A stretch of DNA of 64,000 nt from the human T2T-CHM13v2.0 reference genome, Homo sapiens: NCBI RefSeq assembly GCF_009914755.1, contig NC_060929.1; one strand, given 5' to 3'. Below are positions 1 through 12,734 of this stretch, piece after piece. How positions within the stretch are numbered: the first letter of the stretch is position 1; each line of letters begins with the position of its first letter. The notes under the pieces are model-generated. The model was not told the origin of the DNA, ran no database searches, and saw nothing but the letters and a program-made list of their open reading frames with translations. The position numbers and the translations under genes were made by a program.

Positions 1-340
1 TCAACTACAGATCAGCAGCCTGTCATTCAAGAGCCCTCCTGAAACACAAGGTTGTGACTGATGGTCTGGTCCAGTCACTCCACAGGCACCATGCAGTGTC
101 CACTCACTACAGTCCTTTCCTCAGTCCACCAGCCCTGGACCCACTAGAGCCACAGAAGGATCCCAAGACCGGCTCTCACGCTGAGCACCCAACAAACTTC
201 CTGCCCCTTCTCATTCCTCAGAATGCTGATACCTCTTTCGCTATGCCCTAAAGCACAAATGCCTCATTCTAAATGCTTTCCAGGACAAGAGACCTGGATT
301 GCCTTTCTGCTGAAGAAAACACAAAATGGCCTGTTTACAG

Positions 341-676
341 GTTGTTGCTGTGGGTGCAATGGATCTGAGTACAAACCTGGAAGCTTCTTTTCTTTCTGGC
401 CTTCTAAACTCTAAAATGTTAACCCCTACCTTCTTTTTGGACAATAAAATATGATTTCCTTCAAGAGAGCTCTCACCTACAAAAACAATAGATCTGTTTA
501 TAACCCCACCTTTGTGGCAAGAGATGGAAGAAGAATGTCTCGAGTCACTGTCTAAATGCTACTGAAAGATCTTCCATGCCTCACTTCCACAGTTCGAAAC
601 AAAAGCCATCAGTTTTTAATCTTCAACAAGCCATTCCACTACAGTCAGTGAAGCTTACATTTGTGGAACATTACAG
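341..676 (+). pseudogene. Fossil exon E1 (phase 0-0): VVAVGAMDLSTNLEASFLSGLLNSKMLTPTFFLDNKI*FPSRELSPTKTIDLFITPPLWQEMEEECLESLSKCY*KIFHASLPQFETKAISF*SSTSHSTTVSEAYICGTLQ
   Basis: Acceptor ctgtttacag (ends 340). 112 codons with 3 stops (452, 563, 617). Donor degenerate (cag|ATgtcc). Confidence 0.55.
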
Positions 677-699
677 ATGTCCTACAAAATCCTGTCTCC

Positions 700-975
700 C
701 CCTTGACCAGCTTAACTCCCCCAACTTCCCTTGTAGTTATGTGTGTCCATAAAACCCTCTCACTGTTGGCTGACTGTAAGGTGGATGCTCAAGGTGACTT
801 TGAGATCCACATGTTGACTATGACAGAGCAACCCTCAGCCTGGGTCCCTGAATGAAGGAGAGGATAGCTGCTCCTCCTACCAGAAGACCCTCCATGACTC
901 TTTCATGAGAAAGAATAGCTCTTTTCTTTAAGCCACTAAACTTCTGAAGTCTGATAGCTACTAGCAGCACCTTTT
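700..975 (+). mobile_element. Old MaLR LTR fragment (MLT1J-like)
   Basis: cagcctgggtccctgaatga and ttaagccact motifs typical of the MLT1J 3' half. Confidence 0.6.
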
Positions 976-1114
976 TAGTCATGTATGATGCTCATTGGAC
1001 ATTTCTAGACCATAATCTTGATAGATTTGGTAGATGGCTCTCCTATCATCCTCTTGTGCTTGCTTTAACTATAATACTTAGACAAGTAAACGGATCATTT
1101 TAATGACCTGAGAT

Positions 1115-1235
1115 GGCTCTCCTATTAAACCATGAGCTTCTTGGAGGCAAAGACTACACTACGCCTCATCCTTCATTCAATCTACAGTTCCTAGCCTAGT
1201 GCTTGGCATACATGAAGCTTTCAACAGATAAATTT
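1115..1235 (+). mobile_element. L2 3' end fragment
   Basis: tgagcttcttggaggcaaagact...cctagcctagtgcttggcatacat matches the L2 3' terminus. Confidence 0.6.
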
Positions 1236-1256
1236 TTATTATCTCATATTGCTTAG

Positions 1257-1406
1257 GAAATATTGTGTGATGGGCTTGCAAAATTTACTCACATAACAAT
1301 TCAGATGTGCAGAGAAGATATACCTCTGGGCCTAATCTTTCTCATGATGCTTCCCTTGCTTGTTTGTTGGGATATACCAAAGAGGATGACTCAATGCCGA
1401 ATCCAG
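1257..1406 (+). pseudogene. Fossil exon E2 (0-0): EILCDGLAKFTHITIQMCREDIPLGLIFLMMLPLLVCWDIPKRMTQCRIQ
   Basis: Acceptor tattgcttag and donor CAG|gtaaac. Exactly 150 nt and fully open. Confidence 0.7.
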
Positions 1407-1509
1407 GTAAACCTTTCTCTACTGCTACAATGTAAATAACCTCTGAGTAATACCTGTACTGTTGGAATAATTGCTGTTATTAATATTAACTTTTCTTTCT
1501 CCTATGTAG

Positions 1510-1581
1510 TGTCTAGGATATGAAAGGAAAAACACTGGAGTAAAAGAGTCTCAAGCCCACCTGATGTCCTCCCAATCCTAG
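1510..1581 (+). pseudogene. Fossil exon E3 (0-0): CLGYERKNTGVKESQAHLMSSQS*
   Basis: Strong acceptor ttttctttctcctatgtag. 72 nt. Donor TAG|gtggcc, where TAG is plausibly from CAG. Confidence 0.6.
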
Positions 1582-2175
1582 GTGGCCTTGCCTGTAGGGA
1601 GTCTGCTTTGCAGTGGGCAGCTGCTGAATTCTTTCTCAGTTGAGTCAGGATCCTGTGGCTACTTTCTGTTAACTTTGCAGGGCAGACTTCTCTGAGTCTT
1701 TGTTATGTCCTTCCAGAGCCCCAGACCAAATTGTTCTTCCCCAGCCTTTATTATGTGATTATCTCACTCCAACCATGATGGCCCTAAGGATGACCCCCTG
1801 GCTCTCTCTTGGTGTTTATGCCATACAGAAATCAGGAGAGACTCAGGAGTGTAATCCAGATCCTCTGTCTAGCCTGCTGCTCTCTTAGCTGAGCTGTGCC
1901 TTGTTGGCATGATGTCCATTGCACAGATGCCTCTTGCAGATTTCTAGCAGGAAGTAAAATTAAAGCTCATCAAAGGGAATTCAGGACTCACATGTCTGAC
2001 AGCCTTCTTTACCTACCTCTGTCTCCCTTCTTTTCATTGTCTCCTGGAGATAAAAGGGATAGACTTTTCCTGCTTCCTGCACATGAAATCCTCCTTCTAT
2101 TCAGGGAACACACCTCATGGCCTGGCCATCATGGCAGAACATTTACCTGATCCAAAAGCTTATTCCTTGTTATAG

Positions 2176-2845
<670 letters not shown>

Positions 2846-2951
2846 GTATGAGAGGACCATAATCTCATCTACTATTGAGGTTTTTATCAGCTCAGATATT
2901 GGAGTAAGTTACTGTTGCTTAATTGCTCACTCTTTCTCTTAAACTATACAG

Positions 2952-3236
2952 AATACAATTCCGTTTACAAAGAAACCCTATCAGCTCTGACTTCTTCCCA
3001 AGTTTGGACAGAGGATATCTTGGAAATGAATGTAGAACAAGACAAACAAGAAGTAGCTAGTTAGTTGCAGTGATTTCCCAAATTATCTAGGAGTTCATTA
3101 AACTAAAGATGCCTGAATAATCACAAGACTTGTTTATCTCTTCTTTCAAAAAGGTTAAGTCAAACATTCAGGTCAGATAATCTAAAGTAGGCATCTTATA
3201 GAAAGATAGGAAGACTAAAGCCTTACAAAGATATTA
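2952..3236 (+). pseudogene. Fossil exon E5 (1-1): YNSVYKETLSALTSSQVWTEDILEMNVEQDKQEVAS*LQ*FPKLSRSSLN*RCLNNHKTCLSLLSKRLSQTFRSDNLK*ASYRKIGRLKPYKDI
   Basis: Acceptor ctctttctcttaaactatacag. Weak donor gtgtct at 3237. Phase is off by one versus E4. Confidence 0.55.
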
Positions 3237-3294
3237 GTGTCTATTAATCATTCCGATATTACAACAAAATAGCTTTTTTTTAAAGAAATTGTTG

Positions 3295-3480
3295 TGAAAT
3301 CTTCACAGTAACCCAAGGAAATACTCACCATTATTATTATTATTTTTATAGATGAAGAAACTGAGGATTGGAGAGATTAAGTGGCTTAATAAGGCACAGT
3401 TAGGAAGCAAGTAGTAAATAGAGTCAGGACTTGAGCCCAAGTCTTCTAACTCTCAGGTCTCTTTTCATTTCACTAAACAG
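3295..3480 (-). mobile_element. MIR
   Basis: Core tttatagatgaagaaactgagg...gacttgagcccaagtc. Confidence 0.75.
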
Positions 3481-5258
3481 ACCATCAGTCTTTGTGTCGA
3501 AATCTTATTCCTCCTGATTTCTATCAACTGCTTCTTTTTTTTTCTTTTTAATACCATTGTTGGCATGTTACTTGACCAGATCCCAAACAAACAGATGATG
3601 ATGCTCTACAGACTTCCATTACCTAGGAATTGGCTTATAAGCAATTTAATTCATGCTAGAAAATAATCCCACTCCTACTCTATTGCTTTACGCCATCTGC
3701 TTTGCAATGATCAGAGTTTCAGCCTAATGGGAAAAAAAATTGAATTAGAGTTTTTGTTTGTTTGTTTGTTTGTTTTAATGCTAATTTGGTAGCATTGCTG
3801 GAAGGCATTTGCCACAGACTTCAACTAGGTCATCTGCCTTCGTTGTGTGCAGAGCAGACACCTGCCAAGGTCTGCCTTTCCAAGATCTTTGTCTGTGAGA
3901 GAACAGGGTGTGGGCAGCAGGAAGAGCTTGTCTTCCCACTGAGCTCCATAGGCTTGCCACACCAGAAACAATACTGGAGCAAGCCAATATTGCAAAAAAT
4001 GCATTTATACATTAACCAATTTGTCTGGGTTCTGTTTCTTTTTCTACATTACAGTTTGTAACAGTTATTACAAATTTAAATTGTCCAAAACCACAGACCA
4101 ATTTTTTTAAGAAGGATAAGGAGGGAAGGAGGAAGAAGGAAGAGGAAGAGATGCATTTCTCTCTTTAAGCACTCTAAAACCCTTTATGAAATGAAAGACT
4201 CTTCAAACACTGAGCCTGGCCTCCCCTGATCCCTTTTTTGCTGAGCCAAGGCAAGCCATGTCCTGTGTCTTTTTCCTTTTACACTAGTTTACCTCAACAA
4301 AACATTCATTAGTCTCTCCTGGTGTGCTCACTCTAAGCAATAATTCATCACTTTATTAATTTAAAACATAACTACTAGCTTCTGTCTTCATGCTGTGAAA
4401 CTTAATTATAGAATTGATTTTTTTTTAAAAGCCACTTAAATGTAACTGGCTACATGTGAAAGTGCATTAGTAAATTTGAGCATTTAACTGACCAGAATCA
4501 TGTCTGCCATGCTCTTGCATTAGGTCTGAGCTTCTCCTTCTTGCTGAAATTTCTTAGCATTGCTCCATAGGCACTTTCCTATTAGTATCACTTCTTAGGA
4601 GCCTTTAGCAAAAGATTTAAGCATTTCAGAAAAGCTTATTTATTAATTTACACATTAGCAGAGATTAACTTCAGCAATCCCTATTCCCATTTGCTATAGA
4701 AGCCTGGCACTAAATTCCCGAGCCAAGCTGAGTATACGATAATGAATAAAAAGGTATTTGAAAAGAAGATGTAAATCAGTTTAGTCAGAATACAATTTTC
4801 AAGCCAGCATGTGAGTTGGTCTCAAACGTATCTCCAACTTCCATTTGTTAATCACTGGTTTATGTGTTCACTATAAGGACAACTGGGTCGTTTTCATGAT
4901 AGAAATCAACTTTCTAAAGAGATAAGACCCCTGAACTCATTGACTTTGAAGAGGGAAGGTGGTCAGGACCATGGATCCTTAGTGTACATTCCCCATATGG
5001 TTCTAGGGGTTCTGAGGAGAGAGCAAGAAGGTTGCTTGGGGAACTGGCAAGGGCACTGCCAAGAGTAGAAGATCTGGTTCCATTCTTTCTAAACTTAGCC
5101 CTATTTTCTGTCTCCAGTCTTTGGTCTCATTATTAGTTTTCTCTGTAACCAAAAGGCAAAATGTCTGCAACTCCCGTACTTCAGTCACATCTATATGACT
5201 AATGAGAACATTACCATCATGATGAAGAAACTCTACTTTTCTTCTGGAAAGTGTTTTT

Positions 5259-5623
<365 letters not shown>

Positions 5624-6033
5624 TAAAAAAATAGTTATAGAACCTACCTCTTACTGAGTGAAAATGAAGAATCTTTCCAGCACCTTGGCACCTTTTCACT
5701 TAAAGAAGCTTCAGGATTTAAAACTCAGATGAGCACAACAGATATCCCCCACTGCTGCTGACAGCAGCATCTTTTGGCCAGACCAGCATTTCCTGGGCTC
5801 ATGGCTTTCATCAGCATCACAGATTTCAACGGGAGCCGGCAGGCAATGGCTATTTGAGGACCTAAATAAATCTAAAGAACACTCAGTCACAATTTGGAAT
5901 TTGTGAAGCACATTGGTATTATTCTTGCTTTCAAAGCAGATTATAGAATCAAAGATTAAGAAAATAGTTTTTCTAACTTCTGGCCATAAGAGAACCTCAA
6001 AAATTAAACTCCATATGAAGAATCAGGTGTAGA

Positions 6034-6274
6034 CCACATGTTCTCACTCATAGGTGGGAACTGAAGGATGAGAACACCTGGACACAGGGCGGGGAACATC
6101 ATGCACTGGGGCCTGTCGTAGGGTTGGGGGAGGGAGGGAATAGCCCTAAAAGAAATACCTAATGTAAATGACGAGTTAATGGGTGCAGCACACCAACATG
6201 GCATGTTTATACGTATGTAAAACCTGCATGTTGTGAACATGTACCCTGGAACTTAAAGTATAATTAAAAAAAAA
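6034..6274 (+). mobile_element. L1PA (PA4-6-like) 3' end, 5'-truncated
   Basis: ccacatgttctcactcataggtgggaa through aacttaaagtataatt and an A-tail. Confidence 0.93.
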
Positions 6275-6303
6275 TTCTTTTTAAAAAAAGATTACCCTGA
6301 GAT

Positions 6304-6440
6304 GGCCAGGCGCGGTGGCTGATGCCTGTAATCCCAGCATTTTGGGAGGCCAAGGCGGGCGGATCACGAGGTCAGGAGATCGAGACCATCCTGGCTGACA
6401 CAGTGAAACCCCACCTCTACTAAACAAAAAAAAAAAAAAA
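6304..6440 (+). mobile_element. AluY-type left monomer only, with A-tail
   Basis: ggatcacgaggtcaggagatcgagaccatcctggct diagnostic segment. Stops at the central A-rich linker. Confidence 0.9.
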
Positions 6441-6617
6441 AAAGAATGCAGGTGTAGAGAAGTGGAAATCTTATCTTTCAGAATGAAACTTTCAGAAGAA
6501 AAATATACATGTGAGAGGAAAGAAATTATATGTTGTTTACAGTGCTTAGGCCTAATATGGTGGATTACATTTTTATAGATGCTATTGTAGTTTTCTCACC
6601 ATTATATTTGATGGTAG

Positions 6618-6682
6618 AAGAATTAATATCTCAGGGATTTTGAAAATCTATTATTTGGAGCAACATGAGACTCAAAAGCTTG
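6618..6682 (+). pseudogene. Fossil exon E7 (2-1): RINISGILKIYYLEQHETQKL
   Basis: AG at 6616-6617, open frame, weak donor gtcata. Its 3' phase matches E8. Confidence 0.5.
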
Positions 6683-6791
6683 GTCATATGAAATAGGGAG
6701 AAAAATTTAAAAATACTTATCATCTTTGGAACCAAGAATTTATATCAATATATGTCTCCTTTTTTTGTAACTCTTAAATTGATACTTCCAG

Positions 6792-6869
6792 AAATTCATC
6801 TAGAAGCTTATTCAGATCTCATATACCTAAAAATGGAAGTTATAGATAAGAAGCACCATCTGCCTCATG
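6792..6869 (+). pseudogene. Fossil exon E8 (1-1): IHLEAYSDLIYLKMEVIDKKHHLPH
   Basis: Acceptor gatacttccag and open frame. Donor not intact (catg|gagtac). Confidence 0.5.
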
Positions 6870-6954
6870 GAGTACCTTAATGATTGGAAACTGAATCATC
6901 CCTAAATTATGATCAGAATTTAGTGCAGAAATAGAATTAATAACTCAGCAGCCT

Positions 6955-7215
6955 AATATGTAGGCAATTATTTATTCTATCTCACTTCCTCATCTGTAAT
7001 ATGGGGAAAATACATACCTTATTTATCTTAAAGGATTGATGTAAGCCTTGAATGGCGTATTATATTTGCAAAGCCTTGCCTGAATAAGTAAATGTTATCA
7101 CAGTACTAATATTACAAACATTTATTGAGCTTTATGTGTCTAGCACTCTTCTATATTCAAGAAATACCAAGTTAAAGAAGACATGAATCCTTGCCTACAA
7201 GGAGATCACCAGCAG
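6955..7215. mobile_element. MIR (+, about 6955-7100) followed by an L2 3' fragment (-, about 7112-7215)
   Basis: ttcctcatctgtaatatgggg (MIR core) and caaacatttattgagc (L2 tail). Confidence 0.65.
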
Positions 7216-7221
7216 CTGGAG

Positions 7222-9480
7222 CTTGCTTTTTAATCCAATTTAGCAATCTACCTTTTAATTGGAATGTTTAGACCATTTATAATTAATGTGATTACTAATA
7301 CAATTGAATTGAAGTCTACCATCTTGCTATTTGTTTTCTTTTAGACCCATTGATTTTTTTTGTCTCTTTTCCTTCTTTTCTACCTTCTCTTCAACTGAAT
7401 ATTTTTAGTAATTTTATTTTTTCTTATTTGTTGGTTTATCAAATGAAATTCTTTGCTGTGTTCCTTTACAGCTTTTATTATACATTTTTATTATGCATTT
7501 TAACTTTGTGTAATATTATACTCATTCACATATATAAGAGCCTAACAAAATTATACTTCCATTTTTCCCCTCCAAGCTTTGTGCCAGGGCAGTCATACAT
7601 TTTTCTTATATGTATGTTATAAACTTCAAAATGTGTTGTCATTATTTAAAGCAAAAATGAAACTTCACAATACATTTTTTTTGCTTTAAAAAGTGGATTA
7701 CCTCTTAAAGACATTTAAATAATAAGAAAAAGTTTTTATATTTACTCATGTAGTGATCATTTCTGGTGATCTTCCTTCCTTTATGTAAATCTAGGTTTCC
7801 ATATGGTATCATAAAAACTTTCTTTCAAATTTCTTATAGTGTAGGTCTGCCAGTATGTATTCTTTCAGCTTTGTATGTCTGGAAAAGCCTTTATTTTGCC
7901 TTCATTTTTGAAAGTTATTTTCACTGAATAAAAATATTATAGGTTGATAGTATTTGTTTTTCTTTCAGCACTTTAAACATGTTGTTCCTCTGTCTTCTAG
8001 CTTGCATTGTTTCCAAAGATAAATCTGAGGTCACCTTTATCTTTGTGCTGTATGTAACATGTCTTTTTCTCTGGTTGCTTTTATGATTTTATCTCTATCA
8101 GTGGATTTAAGCAATTTAATTATACTGTGCCTAACTAAGTTTAGTTTTCATCACATATTTCACGTGTATGAGGTTTGTTGAGATTTCTGAATATGTGGGT
8201 TTAGCTTTCATCAAATTTGGAAAAATATTGACCATTATTTCTTTAAATGGTTATTTAGCCTCCCTGCCACCACTTCTTTAGGGACTTGAATTACACATGT
8301 ATTTGGTTGCTTAAATTTGCGCCAGAGTTCAATTATTGTTTTGGGGTTTTTTTTTAAGTTATTTGTTCCCCATCTTTCATTTTGGATAGTTCGTTTTGTC
8401 TTGAAGTCTATTAATCCCCTCTGATGTCTTCTACAATGTCAAATCTGCTAGTAATCCTATTCAGGTTATTTTTAATTTCAGACATTATAGTTTTCATCTC
8501 TGAATTTTTAATTTGGGTCTATTGTATATCTTCCATGTCTCCATTTAACATGTTAAATCTGTCTTCTAGCTTCTGGAAAATATGGAATATATTAATAATA
8601 ACTGTTTTAATGTTTTTGTCTACTGATTCTACAAGTTGTGGCATTTCTGGGTGTGTTTTGATTACTTCCTTTTCTCCACATTATGGGTCTTATTTTCCTA
8701 GTTTTTTTTCCCAGTAATTTTTGATAGAGTGACAGACATTGTGAATTTGGCTATGTTGGGTGCTGGATATTTTTAATTTGTGTAATTATTCTTGAGTTTT
8801 CTTTTGGATGCAGTTAAGTTATTTTATGTTTCAGGCCTTGCTTTTGACTATCATTAGGCTCAACCAGAGCTGCATCTAACTTAGGGTCAATTTTTCCCCA
8901 TTACTGATGCAACATCCTTTATAATACTCTAATTCTGTCCAAATTGTTAGATCTTTCCCACTCAGGCTGTTGGGAATTGGCACTTTTCTCAGGCTTTGTG
9001 AAGTCTAAGGACTGCTGTCTTTAGTCCTTTCAGATGGGTCTTTCCCTGGCCTTGGGTAGTTTCCTCACACACATGCATTCAATTGAATACTCTAGGAGGA
9101 CTCTTTTCACATCTCTGGAGTTGGGTCTCTGGGGAGCTCTCTTCTTTCCAGTATTCTGCCTTGTAAATTCTAGCCACTTTGGCTTCCTGGATTCTGAGCT
9201 ATGTCTCCTAAACTCAGTGAGACAACTGGGCTCTTCCTGGGTTCTCTCTCCCTGCGCTGCAACCTGGAAACTTCTCACATGCAATAGAGAAAGTTTCTTG
9301 GGCAATTATCTGGTTCATCTGATTTGTTTCCCATCTTTCAGTGATCATTGTCCTTCATTGCTTGATGTCCAATATCTTGAGTGCCATTGTTTTCTATATT
9401 TTTGTTCAGAGTTTAAGCTGTCTTGAGTAGGACAGTAAATCGAGCTCCTTTTATTCTGGTTTGCTCAGAAACATAAGTCT
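7222..9480 (-). mobile_element. Ancient L1M (L1MC/L1MD-type) 5' segment: 5'UTR, ORF1 remnant, inter-ORF
   Basis: T-rich antisense L1 sequence, e.g. gtttagaccatttataattaatgtgatt, ttgggtgctggatattttt, cttgatgtccaatatcttga. Confidence 0.8.
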
Positions 9481-9486
9481 TTTTAG

Positions 9487-10274
9487 GACACATTATAATT
9501 ACTTCAATAGAAGCAATCATGATGGCAAGCCTTGTCATGGAATTAGAAGACAGAAAACTTGACTTCATTATACTAAGCAAAGAATACAGACTACCCAAGG
9601 CAAAGGAAGCTAACTCTTCTCCTCCTCTAAGCTTGTCTTAACTGAGCAGTTGAGTGCCATCAGCCAGCTTAAATGAACAGCTGGAATTATAATATCCTAA
9701 GAGCTCTGAATTAGATTTGTGTGTAGTGTTGTTGAGGAGTTTCATTGTAGTCCTAGAAGGATACCCATGGGCATCTGATGCCCCTTCGTGCCTGCTATGG
9801 TCTGAATATTTGTGTTCCCTCAAAATTCATATGTTGAAATCTAATTTCCAGTGTGATAATATTAAGAGGTGAGATCTTTTGGAGATAATTAGGTAATAAG
9901 GTTGGAGCCTTCATACATGGGATTAGTGCCCTCTATAAAAGAGGCCTGAGAGAGCCTGTTTGCCTCTTCCACCATGTGAGGACACAACAAGAAGGGACCA
10001 TCTATGAGCCAGAGAGTGAGCCCTTACCAAACATTGAATCTGCTAGTGCCTTGATTATAGACTTCCCATCCTCTAGAACTGTAATTAATAAACTTACATT
10101 GTTTATAAGCTACCCAGTCTGTGGTATTTTGTTACAGGAGCCCAAATGGACTACGACAGTGCCCAAGAAAGACATAAGGGGAAGAGTACCAGCTGAGAAT
10201 ACATACCAAAGATGCTGTCTCCAGCACTGCATGGGACAAGGATGAAGCCTCATCAGCCAGCTGAACTGGAACAA
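9487..10274 (+). pseudogene. Fossil exon E9 (1-1), split by MLT1A: HIIITSIEAIMMASLVMELEDRKLDFIILSKEYRLPKAKEANSSPPLSLS*LSS*VPSASLNEQLEL*YPKSSELDLCVVLLRSFIVVLEGYPWASDAPSC / PRKT*GEEYQLRIHTKDAVSSTAWDKDEASSAS*TGT
   Basis: Acceptor ttttag and donor caa|gtatat at 10275. Segments 9487-9792 and 10164-10274 stay in frame after removing the LTR and one GTGCC TSD. Confidence 0.68.
9793..10158 (+). mobile_element. MLT1A solo LTR (MaLR)
   Basis: tgctatggtctgaat...ggactacgaca with TG..CA ends and perfect 5-bp TSD GTGCC (9788-9792, 10159-10163). Confidence 0.92.
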
Positions 10275-11478
10275 GTATATTCTAAAACTCCATCCTATTT
10301 TAATTTTTCTATTTTTAATGCAGAGTTAATCCATATCAGCTTTCTTAACCATAAAGCCATTCCAAGCGCTAACTTTTGTTTAATTAGCACTTTGCAAATT
10401 AAAACTTCAGTGTGAAAAGTATTTTAAGCATATTGGATGGAACAAAGTATAGTTTGAGAATGTTATCCATCATATAGGAATGGATCAGACAGAACACTGT
10501 GAAATCAACAATGTGCTTTTATTAATATTCCTCAATCCCAGTCATTATCCAATAAACCTAATTTCTTCCTTCTTTTATATGCTTTGACACTTGGGATCAT
10601 CACTAAAGCCCCTTTCAAGCTTCAACATTCCATTTTTTCCCAGACGTTTGCTAGTCTAGTCAATTTATTAAGAACTGAAATATAAAGAGGTAAAATGTAA
10701 AATAATCTGAGTAGTAGAAAGAACACTGAATTTAAGAATCAGAAAATCTCTTTCAGTCAAGAATGTGTACATCTGACTTTGTAAACTTGGGGCATAAATC
10801 ATTTTAACCTCTCTAGGTTCTATTACTATCACTATTTTGGGGTGTGAATAAATTATAAGTCTAGACTCACCTATGATGTCAGAATGAATTAAGCAGATAT
10901 GGAAGCACTTTTGAAACATAAATTGCGATTGCAACTGTCCAAGGCCACAAAAGAAATTACTAAAATAACTCAAAGGAAGTGTTATATATCAAGGATTCAA
11001 AACACAAGAAACATCCCCAAAATATAACATTCTAACTGATTTTCTTAAAGATTGATCTTTTTTAAAAGTCACATAAGGGTAATGATTGAGGAATGATCTG
11101 CCACATCTTGCAGCCTGTGATGTGCTGTTCAGTGATATCATTGTGGCCAACGAGGCACCAAAGAGCAGGCGATCACAGTGACGTCATGGCAGGATCACTG
11201 ACAATGCTCGTGATGTGACGATTCTTTATCATTTATATGTTGGGCTGGTTATAAAGTATTTAATTGGTATTGTTCACATTTATATCATGTGATGAGACAT
11301 TCTTGTCACCATTATTCAGTTTCTGAATATTCTTGGTGAATGATCTTCAGGGAGCCCTGGCTTCTGACCGAGGGTTTCTATCCTTTGTCAAGCCACCCTA
11401 TTCCCTCACTTTTCAATCACTTTACCTATGACTAATAGAAAGTTCAAAGCAAAAACCTATTGATTCATTTTCAACTAG

Positions 11479-12528
11479 CAACCGATAATGAAACACATTT
11501 TGCATGTACATTTTTTGATTCCCATTCTCCTGACCAAAGTAAATTGGCTGGAAATAAAAGACATGTAAAAAATCTCATGCAGTTGTACTAATTGATCTGA
11601 GAGGAAAAATGTAAAATATGTAGATACCTTGATTGTCTCCTCTTCATCCCATTGACTAGGGAGGGATTCCACACTACGGTTATGGGGATGGCCCAAGATA
11701 TGACATCTAATACTGGACAGATGAGATTGACAGTAGTGTGCAGTCCAGGGGAGGAGAGGAAGATACTGCACCATGCAGGGCTGAATGGGGGTGTGCTCAG
11801 GAACAGAGTGAATAAGCAGACCCTGTGGAAAGCAGGCTTTATAGTAGCAAGAGCATGGAGTGACTCCTTGTTTCTCAGATGGATGTGATCGGCTTGTTTG
11901 AATAATTCAGTGGGCTGGCAGGGAACTGAAGTCTACTACTCAGGGATAAGCAGGCACTGTGCCTTGTCCTTGTAATAAGGAGGGTTGTTTGGCTAGGACA
12001 CCTTATCAGTAGGAGCGAAGTGTGTAGGATGATGCAGTTAGGACATCAGAGGCCCTCCCAGTTTAGATGTCAAAGTAGCACATCATTGTTATTTTAAGCC
12101 TTACACTACAACAGACATCATATAAAGACACTTACCAATTTGGACCAGGAGGCACAGCTCCCATAACTTCTATCGTCCATCACTTTTTACCCCTGCTCGT
12201 AAGTCAAACAATAAAGGAAAGTCCTCTCAAAGTCTTAGACAGAATTAGGAGTGCTAAGAGCATTGTTGAGGCCATTCCTAGCCTTCCTTCTTGTTCAGAA
12301 ACTACAGATCGAAAGTCAAGGGGCCCTCCTTGGCAGCCTGCAGCTGGTGGCTGCCCTGTCTCCAGCAAAGGTTTTTCTGACTGTTCAGGCACACAACTGT
12401 GACTCCCCACGAGCAGACCCACTTACGTTTACCAAGACAAGATAACAGAGTCAATTAGCCTTGTCAGTCACTGTGACTATAACTTAGAAGAATAGAAGCC
12501 CACTGATCACACTTAATGAAAATACAAG
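11479..12528 (+). pseudogene. Fossil exon E10 (1-0), split by an ERVL-type LTR: TDNETHFACTFFDSHSPDQSKLAGNKRHVKNLMQLY*LI*EEKCKICRYLDCLLFIPL / TSYKDTYQFGPGGTAPITSIVHHFLPLLVSQTIKESPLKVLDRIRSAKSIVEAIPSLPSCSETTDRKSRGPPWQPAAGGCPVSSKGFSDCSGTQL*LPTSRPTYVYQDKITESISLVSHCDYNLEE*KPTDHT**KYK
   Basis: Acceptor ttcattttcaactag and donor AAG|gtgaca. About 95 stop-free codons at 12112-12398. Frame joins if the degenerate TSD attga/acaga (offset 460) is used. Confidence 0.65.
11656..12110 (-). mobile_element. ERVL-class solo LTR (LTR53/MER88-like; subfamily uncertain)
   Basis: Minus strand starts tgtagtgtaaggcttaaaat...tgtgctactttgacatct...ggagggcctc. Confidence 0.65.
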
Positions 12529-12734
12529 GTGACAAGAAAGTCATCTGCAGCTGTTTATGGACAAGAATTTGGGGAAAATGTATTAAGAACAGTTATAATT
12601 AGAGATACACACAAAAACAGATATGCTATATGCTATATTATAATAAAATTGACATTATAATATTTACTATATTTACATACTGAATACATTTAAAACAATA
12701 AAATTAAGTGAAAACATTTTTGTTGTGCTTTTCT

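Larger units (their letters stand above)
5991..6510 (+). pseudogene. Fossil exon E6, split by the L1/Alu cassette: NLKN*TPYEESGV / [17 protein letters not shown]
   Basis: Acceptor ttctaacttctggccataag and donor gtgaga at 6511. Segments 5991-6033 and 6458-6510 join in frame. Confidence 0.6.

Noticed and set aside
1257-1406. Faint resemblance of exon E2 peptide to a GREB1 segment
   Set aside because: Only a few residues match and the flanking exons do not follow GREB1, so no gene name was assigned.
3600-4900. Repeat-poor intronic stretch with TAAT-rich motifs suggestive of a conserved element
   Set aside because: No specific motif cluster or exon structure that I can support without conservation data.
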